Shown: one piece after another, positions 20,346 to 31,959 of the stretch
Layout of the letters: each line of letters begins with the position of its first letter
Position numbering within the stretch: the stretch's first letter is position 1
Assembly (NCBI RefSeq): GCF_006345805.1
Contig: NW_021826272.1
Location: forward strand, 1 to 35,277
Reading direction: 5' to 3'
From: Octopus sinensis
Lineage: Eukaryota
DNA: 35,277 bases
The notes under the pieces: model-generated
What the model was told of the DNA's origin: nothing
Seen by the model: only the letters and a program-made list of their open reading frames with translations
Databases searched by the model: none
Translations under genes and position numbers: made by a program

Positions 20346-20808
20346 CACATAAACACTCTGCGTATGTGTATAGCCTGAGACATCATTCTATATCCTGGTT
20401 CCACACACTTTAACTGGTGACCATCAGAGGAAGTCTCCAGTTACTTTGTATGTGTGTGTATATATATATATATATATACACACTACATACACACACATAC
20501 TATGTATGTATGTATGTATATATGTGCACATTCCCCGCTCTCTCTTTATATATAACTGTCTACTTTATATCTACATCGTCTGTACAGAATCCTCAGAATC
20601 CTCGTTGAGTGCTCCTTCCCGTTTTCGCTTATTAAAACTAAACTATGTCCGCCGCTGCCGATGGCAACGCGTCTGAATATTGCTCGTTGAAACCAACTGC
20701 TGCAAGTTTGTTTGTCGTTAACTAAGCGCCGGCTTAATTGCAATTAAGGAGGCCTCGTGATCAGGCACAATCAAGCCGTGAGTACTGTGAATTTTTAACG
20801 ATGTCTCT

Positions 20809-21221
20809 ATACCTATTTCTTTATTACCCACAAGGGGCTAAACACAGAGGGGACAAACAAGGACAGGCATAGGTATTAAGTCGATTACATCGACCACAGT
20901 GCGTAACTGGTACTTAATTTATCGACCCCGAAAGGATGAAAGGCAAAGTCGACCTCGTCGGAATTTGAACCCACAACGTAACGGCTGGCAAAATACCTAT
21001 TTCTTTACTACCCACAAGGGGCTAAACACAGAGGGGACAAACAAGGACAGGCATAGGTATTAAGTCGATTACATCGACCCCAGTGCGTAACTGGTACTTA
21101 ATTTATCGACCCTGAAAGGATGAAAGGCAAAATCGACCTCGGTGGAATTTGAACTCACAACGTAATGCAGACGAAATACCGCTAAGCATTTCGCCCGGCG
21201 TGCTAACGGTTCTGCCAGCTC
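20809..21221 (-). mobile_element. SINE B, head-to-tail dimer
   Basis: Two units joined at AAATACC (20991-20997); head only on the right unit. Confidence 0.9.
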
Positions 21222-21482
21222 TATACCGTTGGGTCTTTGCTTGTATTACTTCAGTGGCCCTTTGCACCAAATACTGGCTTTGAAATATTCCCCACCCCCC
21301 ACCGCACCCCACCTTTCATGAATTTCACAAAATATTAAAAAAAAATCAAATTCTAATTTTGTGGTGTTTACTCCCTAATTTTTTGTAACTGTCCCATCCA
21401 GCTAGTGTCCCATTTTTAGATATTTGTGGAGATTAGTGACCCCTCTATTATATTTTTTAAATATATACACACACACACACAC

Positions 21483-21631
21483 AACAGGCTTCTTTCAGTT
21501 TCCACCTATCAAATCCAATCACAAGGCTTTGGTTGGCCTGAAGCCACAGTAGAAGACACCCAAAGTGCCACGCAGTGGAACTGAACCCAGAACCTTGTGG
21601 TTGGGAAGCAAGCTTCTCACCACACAGCCAC
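21483..21631 (-). mobile_element. SINE A 5' fragment
   Basis: GCTTCTTTCAGTTTCC...CACCACACAGCCAC. Confidence 0.8.
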
Positions 21632-21682
21632 ACCATCACCTATATATATATATATATATGTATGTATATGTACACACACAAA

Positions 21683-22118
21683 TCTCTCTCTATATAAAGC
21701 TGAAGTTGTCTGTTTGTGGTAGGTTTGGTAGCCATCAACTAACACTATCTCCTCCGAGACCCTGCAGCACAAGTTGACCAAAATTGAGAGTATGATAGAA
21801 GAAGGCTTGCTCTTCCTTCCGTAGAAGAAAAAAATTCAAATTGGACCATGTTAACACCAAAAATTATTTACATCAAAAAATTGCTTTTTTTTTCTATGAA
21901 AATCCCTATTTTTTACGATTTTTTATACTGCTGTGTTGCCATTTTTCGGTGTATTTCAACCAGAAAAATGTTCACTTAAAGAGAATAACAAGCTACATAA
22001 TGCAAAATCTTTACTTTTCAAAAATTCCAATTCTAAACTTTGTTAACGCGACATCAAAGTCTGACGTTTTAAGCGCAACTAAAAAACAAACCCGAGCAAC
22101 GCCGGGCTATACTGCTGG
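21683..22118 (+). mobile_element. Non-autonomous Helitron
   Basis: 5' A|TC start; 3' hairpin CCCG-agcaacgc-CGGG (22091-22106) ending 8 nt before a CTGG|T (CTRR) terminus. Confidence 0.7.
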
Positions 22119-22135
22119 TTAATTATTAAATAAGG

Positions 22136-22482
22136 TGAGGTCATCGTCATTATTTAATGTCCATTTTCCGTGCTGGTGTGGGTTGGAGGGCTAGACAGGA
22201 ACTGGCAAGACCAGGGCCCACACCAGGTACCGTTGTCTGTTTTGGCCTGGTTTCTACAGTTGGATGCCCTTTCTTATGCCAAACACTGCTCAGTGTGTAC
22301 TGGGTGCTTTTTACGTGGCATCTTGGTTTGAGGATCTCGATTCTGTAGTGGTGGGCATGTCTTCTCGAGTCAGCAATGCTCCATACGTATCAGTCCTGCG
22401 TCACCTCTTTCATAAAGCTTAACGTTTTGAGATTGGCCTTCAGTACTTTGTCCCATCTCTTTCTGGGTCTCCCTCTGCCACA
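22136..22482 (-). mobile_element. RTE LINE 3' end (ORF tail plus family D 3'UTR)
   Basis: Minus-strand translation from 22482 gives CGRGRPRKRWDKVLKANLKTL; followed by the D motif and an ATGACGATGA tail. Confidence 0.8.
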
Positions 22483-22489
22483 ACTTTAT

Positions 22490-23380
22490 GCAGCTGAGTG
22501 CCCTTCTTAACACCAACCACTTTACAGAGTGTACTGGGTTCTTTTTATATGGCCCCAGCACCCTCATGTACCTCGGTTTTAGATACCTTCTAATATGGCC
22601 ACTGCACCCACGTGTGGTACCTTGGTTTTAGGTACCTTTTCATATGGCCCCAGCACCTACACATACCTTGGCTTTAGGTACCTTTTTATATGGTCCCAGC
22701 ACCTACATGTACCTTGGTTTTAGGTACCTTCTTATATGGCCACAACACCCACATGTGGTACCTTGATTTCAGGTACCTTCTTATATGGCCCCCAGCACCC
22801 ACATGTGGTACCTTGGTTTTAGGATCCTGATTTTGTTGTGGTGGGTGGTTTTTCCTGAGTCCAGCCATGTGCCACATATGTTGGCCCTCCTCTCTCATTT
22901 CCTTCGTAAGGTCCAGCATTTTGAGGTTGTCCTTCACTATTTTCTCCAATGTCTTCCTGGGTCCCCTTCTTCCACAACTTCCATCCACTTTAAGTGATCA
23001 GCATTTCTTTATTCAACTCCCCTCATCCATCCGCATCACACAACCAAACCAGCACAGCCCCCTCTCTTGCACACTGCATCTAATTCCTCTCACGCCCAAA
23101 TTCCTTCTCGATGCACCAATGCTCTCTCGCATATGCACACAGACATCACACATCAAACGTAACGCATCATCTTTGGTCCTCTCCAGCATCATACGCTCTT
23201 CCCTTCCCTTCACTTCGAGAGAGGAGAGACCTCTGGTTGCCAACCGAGGTAAAATCTCTCTGAACCTTCTCCATCCTATACTTGCTTTAACAATTACACT
23301 TTCCAGGGGCGAACTCGGGGCTGAGGGGTACGTGCTCCCCTCAAGAGAAGTCCACCCTTCTAAATAATGTCATGCCCTTT
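22490..23380 (-). mobile_element. RTE LINE 3' fragment with 3'UTR minisatellite (~45-bp unit, 22548-22825)
   Basis: Minus frames give WFGCVMRMDEG and GRRGPRKTLEKIVKDNLKMLDL; downstream GTGGTTGGTGTTAAGAAGGGCAC is the D motif. Confidence 0.85.
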
Positions 23381-23448
23381 TCTCCTGGAATTTCCCTTTT
23401 CTCTTTTTTTCTCCCTTCTATGTACATCCCTACATCTATATGTATATA

Positions 23449-23701
23449 TATTTCTTTACTACCCACAAGGGGCTAAACGTAGAGGGGACAAACAAGGACA
23501 GACAAAGAGATTAAGTTGATTACATCGACCCCAATGCATAACTGGTACTTATTTAATCGACCCCGAAAGGATGAAAGGCAAAGTCGACCTCGGCGGAATT
23601 TGAACTCAGAACGTAACGGCAGACGAAATACCGCCAAGCATTCCGGCGAAATGCTTAGTGGTATTTCGTCTGCTGCTACGTTCTGAGTTCAAATTTCGCC
23701 G
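23449..23701 (-). mobile_element. SINE B (minus, 23449-23642) with an inverted head segment (plus, 23649-23701)
   Basis: TCGGCGGAATTTGAACTCAGAACG...AAGCATT mirrored by AATGCTT...CGTTCTGAGTTCAAATTTCGCCGA. Confidence 0.85.
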
Positions 23702-23931
23702 AATCTATATGTATATATATACATGCACAAATGGGTACAGGACATCAAAAAATGTTGAACGCAATGAGAAACGAAAACATAAAAACAAAAACATGGAAAC
23801 GGACTTTTTTTTTCAAACAATGAAAAAACAGAGTACAAGACATACAACACAAGGAACATTTCCCCTTCTTTAGTTGTCCCTGTTTTGCCTACTCCGCATA
23901 CATATATGTATATATATACGCATATATATAC

Positions 23932-24334
23932 GCGCAGGAGTGGCTGTGTGGTAAGTAGCTTGCTAACCAACCACATGGTTCCGGGTTCAGTCCCACTGCG
24001 TGGCATCTTGGGCAAGTGTCTTCTGCTATAGCCCTGGGCCGACCAATGCCTTGTGAGTGGATTTGGTAGACGGAAACTGAAAGAAGCCTGTCGTATATAT
24101 GTATGTATATATATATGTATGTGTGTGTTTGTGTGTCCCCCTAGCATTGCTTGACAACCGATGCTGGTGTGTCTACGTCCCCGTCACTTAGCGGTTCGGC
24201 AAAAGAGACTGATAGAATAAGTACTGGGCTTACAAAGAATAAGTCCCGGGGTCGATTTGCTCGACTAAAAGCGGTGCTCCAGCATGGCCGCAGTCAAATG
24301 ACTGAAACAAGTAAAAGAGTAAAAAAAGAGTAAA
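23932..24334 (+). mobile_element. SINE family A, full length
   Basis: GCGCAGGAGTGGCTGTGTGG...GGTTCAGTCCC head; AAGAGTA tail. Confidence 0.92.
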
Positions 24335-24475
24335 CATATATTTATATATTATTTATAGTATTGTATGATCGAATGCCACGCATCCTTTTCCAAGTAAGTT
24401 TTATCTATATATATATGTATGTATATACATGCACACATATATACACATGTATATACACACACACACACGTGTCTC

Positions 24476-24790
24476 CCGTTACGTTCTGAGTTCAAATTCC
24501 ACCGAGGTCGACTTTGCCTTTCATCCTTTCAGGGTCGATAAATTAAGTACCAGTTACGCACTGGGGTCGATGTAATCGACTTAAGCCCTTTGTCTGTCCT
24601 TGTTTGTCCCCTCTGTGTTTAGCCCCTTGTGGGTAGTAAAGTTGGTGTGGTTATGTCCCTATAACTTGGCAGTTCAGCAAAAGAGATCAATAGAATACAT
24701 ACAAGGCTTACAAACCAAAAGTCCCGGAGTTGATTCATTCGACTAAAATCCCTCCATGGCGGTGCCCCAGCATGGCCACAGTCCAATTAG
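24476..24790 (+). mobile_element. SINE B (24476-24650) abutting an old SINE A 3' fragment
   Basis: B core GACTTTGCCTTTCATCCTTTCAGGGTCGATAAATTAAGTACC, then GCGGTGCCCCAGCATGGCC. Confidence 0.8.
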
Positions 24791-25005
24791 ACGAGATAAG
24801 ATTCTTGAATAATTACACATCTGCATATCATTATTATTTTTATGTAATTTACGTAAATTAAAAATAATTAGAGATAATTGCGAACGATTACGAAGAGCAA
24901 AGTGTCATTATAGTTCCTGGGCCGGAATTTCAAAATATCAAACGGGGGGGGGGTCGGGGGGGGGTGGGGGGGGGGTCGGTGAGAGGGGGGAGGCACGGGT
25001 TATCT

Positions 25006-25554
25006 AGGATGTTCCAGATGTGACCTTTGTGTCATTTTGGTTTGGTTGACACCGTGTATCTAGGACTGCGTTATCTAATGTATATAGTACGGGAGTTAGT
25101 ATAAGTGGCTAGAGCTGTTGTTGTTTAGCCCCAGGTCAGTTCTGATCCAGACGGGCCTATGACCAAAGACGTTCCAGCTGTGACCATCCCATCTATAATT
25201 CAGGCCTAGTGTATCTAGGACTACATTATCTAATGTATAGTACAGGAGTTAGTAGCTATAGTGGTTGCTTAGCTCTAGGTCAGTCCCGATACAGACAGAC
25301 CTATGATCATAGACGTTCCAGCTGTGACCATCCCATCTATAATTCAGGCACAGTGTATCTAGGACTACATTATCTAATGTAAAGTACAGGATTTAGTAGC
25401 TATAGTTGTTGCTTAGCCCTAGGTCAGTCCTGATCCAGACAGGCCTACGATCAAAGATGTTCCAGCTGTGACCATCCCATCTATAATTCAGGCCTAGTGT
25501 ATCTAGGACTACATTATCTAATGTATAGTACAGGAGTCAGTAGCTATAGTTGTT
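25006..25554 (+). repeat. Family E array, about 3.5 units
   Basis: Same unit as 3331-4300 (GTTCCAGCTGTGACCATCCCATC...CTAGGACTACATTATCTAATGTA). Confidence 0.92.
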
Positions 25555-25721
25555 GCACACACACACACACACAGAGACCCATGGCATTTATCGTTTGTTG
25601 TCCTTCACATACATTTAAACAGTTGTTACTAATAATAATAATAATAATCATCACCATCATCATCTGTCCGTTTTCTATGGTTTTAGGTGTGGGGGGAGAC
25701 TTTCTGCTTGCTCACATCACA

Positions 25722-25759
<38 letters not shown>

Positions 25760-25827
25760 GCAGTGTGAACAAGTACGTACTTGATTAACCTGTTCCATAG
25801 TCAATGAGCTTTTGTATACATGTCCCT

Positions 25828-25829
25828 GA

Positions 25830-25865
<36 letters not shown>

Positions 25866-26018
25866 ACTCTTCCTCTCTCACACACACACACACACACACT
25901 CTTCCTCTCACACACACACTCTTCCTCTCACACACACACTCTTCCTCTCACACACACACTCTTCCTCTCACACACACACACACACACACACACACTCTTC
26001 CTCTCACACACACACGTC
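25828..26018. repeat. (CA)n microsatellite interspersed with CTCTTCCTCT units
   Basis: Direct reading. Confidence 0.9.
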
Positions 26019-26344
26019 TATACACACGCATATCTACAGGAACATGTATTTTTGTATTTTTCAATTTACCCCCATACACACACACACACACTCCCCCCTT
26101 CATACACACACATTCCATTCTCACATACACGCACTTTGCACATAACCTTGTCCCGCCAGGTCACCATTAGTATCTCCCTTTCATTTCGCCTCTTTCTTCT
26201 GGCTATTTCATCACGTTGGACCTTTAATCCTTAAACATTTTTTCGTCTGCATTTTTTCCTTTCCATTTTTTTCCCCTTTCAATTTTTCCCCCATCCATTT
26301 TCCCCCCTCCATTTTCCCCCCTCCATTTTTTCCCCCCTCAGTCC

Positions 26345-26470
26345 TTTCTGTCGAAGAGTGTAGACTTGAAATATAAAAGACTTCTCCATTATTCCCGAGC
26401 TATAAGGTAAAACACCTTGTTGTTCCTACACCTGTCTTCATCTTTTGTTTATCTATAAATTTCAACTATA
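26345..26470 (+). mobile_element. Putative Penelope-like terminal-repeat remnant; 3' part related to insert 7926-8011
   Basis: CTGTCGAAGAGTGTAGACTTGAAATATAA...CACCTGTCTTCATCTTTTGTTTA versus CACCTGCCTTCGTCTTTTGTTTA at ~7970. Confidence 0.4.
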
Positions 26471-26483
26471 TATATATACATAT

Positions 26484-26883
26484 TCTCTCTTTTACTCTTT
26501 TACTTGTTTCAGTCATTTGACTGCGGCCATGCTGGAGCACCGCCTTTAGTCGAGCAACTCGACCCCGGAACTTATTCTTTTGTAAGCCCAGTACTTATTT
26601 CATCAGTCTCTTTCGCCGAACTGCTAAGTAACGGGGACATGAACACACCAGCATCGGTTGTCAAGCAATGCTAGGGGGACACACAAACACACACATACAT
26701 ATATACATACATATATACGACGGGCTTCTTTCAGTTTCCGTCTACCAAATCCACTCACAAGGCATTGGTCAGCCCAAGGCTATAGTAGAAGACACTTGCC
26801 CAAGGTGCCACGCAGTGGGACTGAACCCGGAACCATGTGGTTGGTAAACAAGCTACTTACCACACAGCCACCACTCCTGCGCC
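26484..26883 (-). mobile_element. SINE family A, full length
   Basis: Collinear with 10873-11283. Confidence 0.92.
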
Positions 26884-26933
26884 TATATATACATATAGAT
26901 GTATGTATGCATATGTTTTATTTGTTAAATTGT

Positions 26934-26974
<41 letters not shown>

Positions 26975-27351
26975 GGCATTTTGAAAGAAATACAGTAACA
27001 AAATGGTTAAGTTTAACAAATCGTACATGAGAATGTCCTGGTGCCGTTTGCATCTCTCCTGGAATTGCTGTATTCTTGTACTTAAAGACATTTCTCCAGA
27101 TGGGACACATTTTCTTAATCTTTTACTTTTGGCTTGTTTCAGTCAGTGGACTGCGGCCATGCTGGAGCACCGCTGCCTTGAAGAGTTTCTAGACAAACCG
27201 ACCAAATCGAGTACTTGTCTTTAAGCCGGGTTGGTACTCAACTGTAATGGTTCAGGTTTTGGTTAAGTACCAAGTTATGAGGGCGTAAATGAGTCAACTC
27301 TGGTTGTCGGGTGGTGATGGGGGGGGAGGTTATAAACAATGTGTGGTAAGA

Positions 27352-27777
27352 AGGCGACGAATTGGCAGAATCGTTAGCACGCCGGGCGAAATGGTTTGCG
27401 ATATTTCTTCTGCCGTTACGTTCTGAGTTCAAATTCCGCCGAGGTCAACTTTGCCTTTTATCCTTTCAGGGTCGATAAATTGAGTACCAGTTACGCACTG
27501 GGGTCGATGTAATCGACTTAATCCCTTTGTCTGTCCCCTTTATGTTTAGCCCCTTGTGGGCAATAAAGTAATAAAAGACGTTAGTATGCGAAAGGCTTAG
27601 TGGTATTTCGTCTGTCGTTGTGTTCTGAGTTCAAATTCCACAGAGGTCGACTTTGCCTTTCATCCTTTCGGGGTCGATTAAATAAGTACTGGGGTTGATG
27701 TAATCGACTTAATCCCTTTGTCTGTCCTTGTTTGTCCCCTTTATGTTTAGCTCCTTGTGGGCAATAACGAAATAAGA
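27352..27777 (+). mobile_element. Two adjacent SINE B copies (27352-27560, ~27590-27777)
   Basis: GGCAGAATCGTTAGCACGCCGGGCGAAATG head; B core repeated. Confidence 0.88.
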
Positions 27778-27778
27778 T

Positions 27779-28129
27779 GCTTGCTTCCCAATCACAGCAT
27801 TCTGGGTTCAGTCCCACTACATGGCACCTTGGGCAAGTGTCTTCTACTATAGCCTCGGGCCGACCAAAGCCTTGTGAGTGGATTTGGTAGACGGAAACTG
27901 AAAAGAAGCCTGTCGTATATATGTATATGTATGTCCCCCCAACATCGCTTGACAACCGATGCTGGTTTGTTTACATCCCCGTCACTTAGCGGTTTGGCAA
28001 AAGAGACCGATAGAATAAGTACTGGGCTTACAAAAGGATAAGTCCCAGGGTCTATTTGCTCGACTAAAGGCGGTGCTCCAGCATGGCCGCAGTCAAATGA
28101 CTGAAACAAGAGTAAAAGAGTAAGAGTAA
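27779..28129 (+). mobile_element. SINE family A, 5'-clipped
   Basis: GGGTTCAGTCCC...AAGAGTAAAAGAGTAAGAGTAA. Confidence 0.88.
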
Positions 28130-28373
28130 CCCTGCAAAACACAACTTTATCCTTATACACGGATGCACAGAATAGCAGTAACGAAATAACGGCAGCGGAG
28201 TTCACAGCAAACATCAGGGATCTGACTGTCGTCTGTACTCTTGACAAGAGATGCCAGTTGGTCTTTTACCCAGACCAGGCTCATTTGTATTAGTTCGAGT
28301 TGTTGGATAATTTTTACGTTCCTTTAAGAATATTGTAGAACAGAGACTTTCCATAGATTGGAATTTAAATCAT

Positions 28374-28728
28374 ACATCATCATCATCATCATCGTTTAAC
28401 GTCCGTTTTCCATGCTAGCATGGGTTGGACGGTTCAACTGGGGTCTGGGAAGCCAGAAGGCTGCACCATGCTCCAGTCTGATCTGGCAGTGTTTCTACAG
28501 CTGGATGCCCTTCCTAATGCCAACCACTCCATGAGTGTAGTGGGTGTTTTTTAGGTGCCAGACGAGGCTGGCAAACGGCCACGAGCGGATGGTGCTTTTT
28601 ATGTGCCACCGGCACGGAGGCCAGGCAAGGCTGGCATGGCCACGATCGGATGGTGTTTGTTACGTGCCCACAGCACGGAAGCCAGTCGATGCGGTACTGG
28701 CTACGGCCACGTTCGGATGGTTTTCTTG
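28374..28728 (-). mobile_element. Family D (RTE 3'UTR)
   Basis: (CAT)n-CGTTTAACGTCCG...CTGGATGCCCTTCCTAATGCCAACC plus GTGCC subrepeats. Confidence 0.82.
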
Positions 28729-29274
28729 AATCTCTAAAGAAAACATGGAACTTTAATTTTTACAATTCTAGATAACACCTCGGACTGTAACTTCTGAGCC
28801 CGAGTCAAGCGCATATGAACGATGTTGAGAGAACGTCTGCTATGAATGATATATTACAACACAGGGCATCTCTAAGACGATTGCCGGACGCTGAATGGAA
28901 ATAAATGAACTGCAACCAGACTCCATAAAAGGCGTCTGAGTTATTGGACGCAATTACATACCTGAAGTCAGTGTTGGCAGAAATTAAATCTTCTTGCAAA
29001 TACACGTTCTCTTTACTAAATTTATCCTCGGGCAAAACCTGAGTGCTGGAATCGCCACTGGTTTGTTCTTATGGAATTCTAAATTTTTGTTAAAATCTGT
29101 CACGAAATACGGTTCTTAGAATTCAGATATGAGCAGTTATAAAACCCCTGATTTTTGGGAAATTACTCAGTGATCGTAGGATGTTACTAAACTCCACGAC
29201 ACTCACTCCTCGAGATATTAGATATTGGCAAACGGAATTTATGTGGAAATAAATACTCCCTCAAGATGGTTGTG

Positions 29275-29686
29275 TACCTATTTCTATTTCTTTATTACCC
29301 ACAAGGGGCTAAACACAGAGAGGACAAACAGACGGATTAAGTCGATTACATTGACCCCAGTGCAAAACTGGTACTTATTTAATCGACCCTGAAAGGACGA
29401 AAGGCAAAGTCGACCTTGGCGGAATTTGAACTCAGAATGTAACGGCAGACGAAATACCTATTTCTTTACTACCCACAAGGGGCTAAACACCGAGGGGACA
29501 AACAAGGACAGACAGACGGATTAAGTTGATTACATCGACCCCAGTGCGTAACTGGTACTTATTTAATCGACCCCGAAAAGATGAAAGGCAAAGTCGACCT
29601 TGGTGGAATTTGAACTCAGAACGTAACGGCAGACGAAATACGGCTACGCATTTCGCCCGGCGTGCTAACGACTCTGCCAGCTCGCC
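29275..29686 (-). mobile_element. SINE B, head-to-tail dimer
   Basis: Units joined at AAATACC (29452-29458), the same junction as 20991. Confidence 0.9.
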
Positions 29687-30109
29687 ACTCTTTGTGTACC
29701 ATTTCCAGCTGTACCAATTTCAAATGGTATGATGAGCCAAGACATTCCTGAACTTCTCAGATGGCTTCTATTCTGTAACTAAACCATTTTAATTCCTCAG
29801 CTTTTCAGCTCAGCAATTGTCTCCATTTGAGATTTTTGCGTCAGTTGTTAATGAATTGTTGCCATAGAAACTAATGCCATGCCCATTGTATGCTAGCTGG
29901 GGGAGTGAGGTGTGTGTGTGGTGGTGGGGGGGGTCTATTTGCATGGTAGTCTTCTATAGTGCTTTCCCATTGTTATTTCCTAAGACACACAGACAGACTG
30001 ATTGACTGACCATATGTGTACCAGCGAGTTTTTCCCAAATGGCTTTAAATGCGGTGGGGCCTGGCGTAGGTAATAAGGAATTGTGGAACGTCCTGTCCTC
30101 GTAGGTGCA

Positions 30110-30240
30110 CGCGTGGCTGTGTGGTAAGAAGTACGCCTCCCTACCACATGGTTCCAGGTTCCGTCCCACTGCATGGCACCTCGGACTGACCAAAGCGTTG
30201 CGAGTGGATTTGGGGAGAAAAAAAATGAACAAAGCCCATC
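30110..30240 (+). mobile_element. Diverged SINE A 5' part running into a long TA/CA tract
   Basis: GCGTGGCTGTGTGGTAAG...GGTTCCGTCCCACTGCATGGCACC...GAGTGGATTTGG. Confidence 0.7.
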
Positions 30241-30271
<31 letters not shown>

Positions 30272-30279
30272 TATACATA

Positions 30280-30311
<32 letters not shown>

Positions 30312-30423
30312 ACACACACACACACACTATACATATATATATAATATATATATATAGTATATATATATACACACACACATAACATTATATTGTGTATATA
30401 TATATATATATATACACACACAC

Positions 30424-30484
<61 letters not shown>

Positions 30485-30521
30485 TATATATATATAACAC
30501 ACACACCACACACATATATAT

Positions 30522-30552
<31 letters not shown>

Positions 30553-30821
30553 CCCACCACATATATATATATATACACACACACACATATATATATATAT
30601 ACACACACACACATAATATATATTATATATACATATATATATATTATATATATATAATTATATATATACACACACAATATATATATATATATATATACAC
30701 ATACATATATATATATATTATTATTACACAACATATATATTATATATAACACACACACATACATATTATATATATATATTTATACACACACATATACATA
30801 TATATATATATATATATATAT
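30241..30821. repeat. Long compound (TA)n/(CA)n microsatellite
   Basis: Direct reading. Confidence 0.97.
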
Positions 30822-31292
30822 TTTGTTTCAGTCGTTTGACTGCGGCCATGCTGGAGCACCACCTTTAGTCAAACAAATCGACCCCAGGACTTAATCTTTG
30901 TAAGCCTAGTACTTATTCTATCGGTCCCTTTTGTTGAACTGCTGGGGAGGTAAATACACCAACATCAGTTGTTAAGCAATCGGTTGACAAGGGACACACA
31001 GACACACATATATATATAGGGGGAAAGTAAGAAGAAAAACAAGCGAAAATGCATATTGGAAATCTTGAGTGGATTTGGGGGATGGAAACTGAAAGAAGCC
31101 CATCATGTTTGTGTTTTTGTGCCTGTGTTTGTCCCCCCACCACTGCATAACAAGCAATTCTTATGTCCCCCATAACTTAGCGGTTTGGCATAAGAGATCA
31201 ATAAAGTAAACGCTTGTACTGGGGTTGGTTCGTTTGGCTAAAATTCTTCTAGGTGGTGCCCCAACATGGCCACACTATTATGAGTGAAGCAA
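30822..31292. mobile_element. Two SINE A 3' fragments in opposite orientation (30822-31008 minus; 31064-31292 plus)
   Basis: GACTGCGGCCATGCTGGAGCACC (minus copy); GAAACTGAAAGAAGCCC...GGTGCCCCAACATGGCC (plus copy). Confidence 0.75.
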
Positions 31293-31329
31293 GTTAATTT
31301 TTGGCTCAAAAAGCAAAAAGCAAGGCCAT

Positions 31330-31790
31330 GTAGGGGGACATGGAGTTATGTACAGGGAGTGTGGTCATACAAAGAGTTCAGGGCATTTCTGGTCAAGAGA
31401 GACTTTGAACCGAGCGGTCGTTGGCATCTTCACTATATCGTCTGGCAGCTTATTCCATGGATCCGCAACCCGGACGGAGAAAGCCCCTCTCCTTCGATTG
31501 AGATGAAATCATCGCAGATAGAGCTTTTCAGAATGACCCCGCAGCTGACGCTCTGGAGCAGGAGTGAAGAACAGCTCTTTCGAGAGGTCATTGGCATCTT
31601 CACGTTCTCGTCCGGCAGCTTGTTCCACAGATCCGCAACCCAGACAGAGAAAGCTCCTCTCCTTCGATTGAGATGAAATCGTCGCAGATAGAGCTTTTCG
31701 GAGTGACCCTGCATCCGACGCTCTGGAGCAGGAGTGAAGAACAGCTCTTTCGAGAGGTTACACTTATGATGTTGTGAGCAAGAAAGTTTA
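31330..31790 (-). mobile_element. CR1/L2-like LINE 3' fragment with a 170-bp tandem duplication
   Basis: QGHSEKLYLRRFHLNRRRGAFSVWVADLWNKLP resembles the RGH.KL...FS.RV...WN.LP C-terminus of CR1-group ORF2; repeat starts at 31411, 31581 and 31751. Confidence 0.8.
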
Positions 31791-31959
31791 GCATTCAAAT
31801 ATGGGCAGTAATTTTAACCAATGGGATTACCAACAATTATTCTTTGTTTGGGCAAATGAACATTATATATAATGGCACCTGGATTGAAAAAGAATAATTA
31901 CATTGGTCAAAAGGGGGGGTAGAGAGCCCCTTTCTCCTTTTATAAAACCTTTTTAAATC

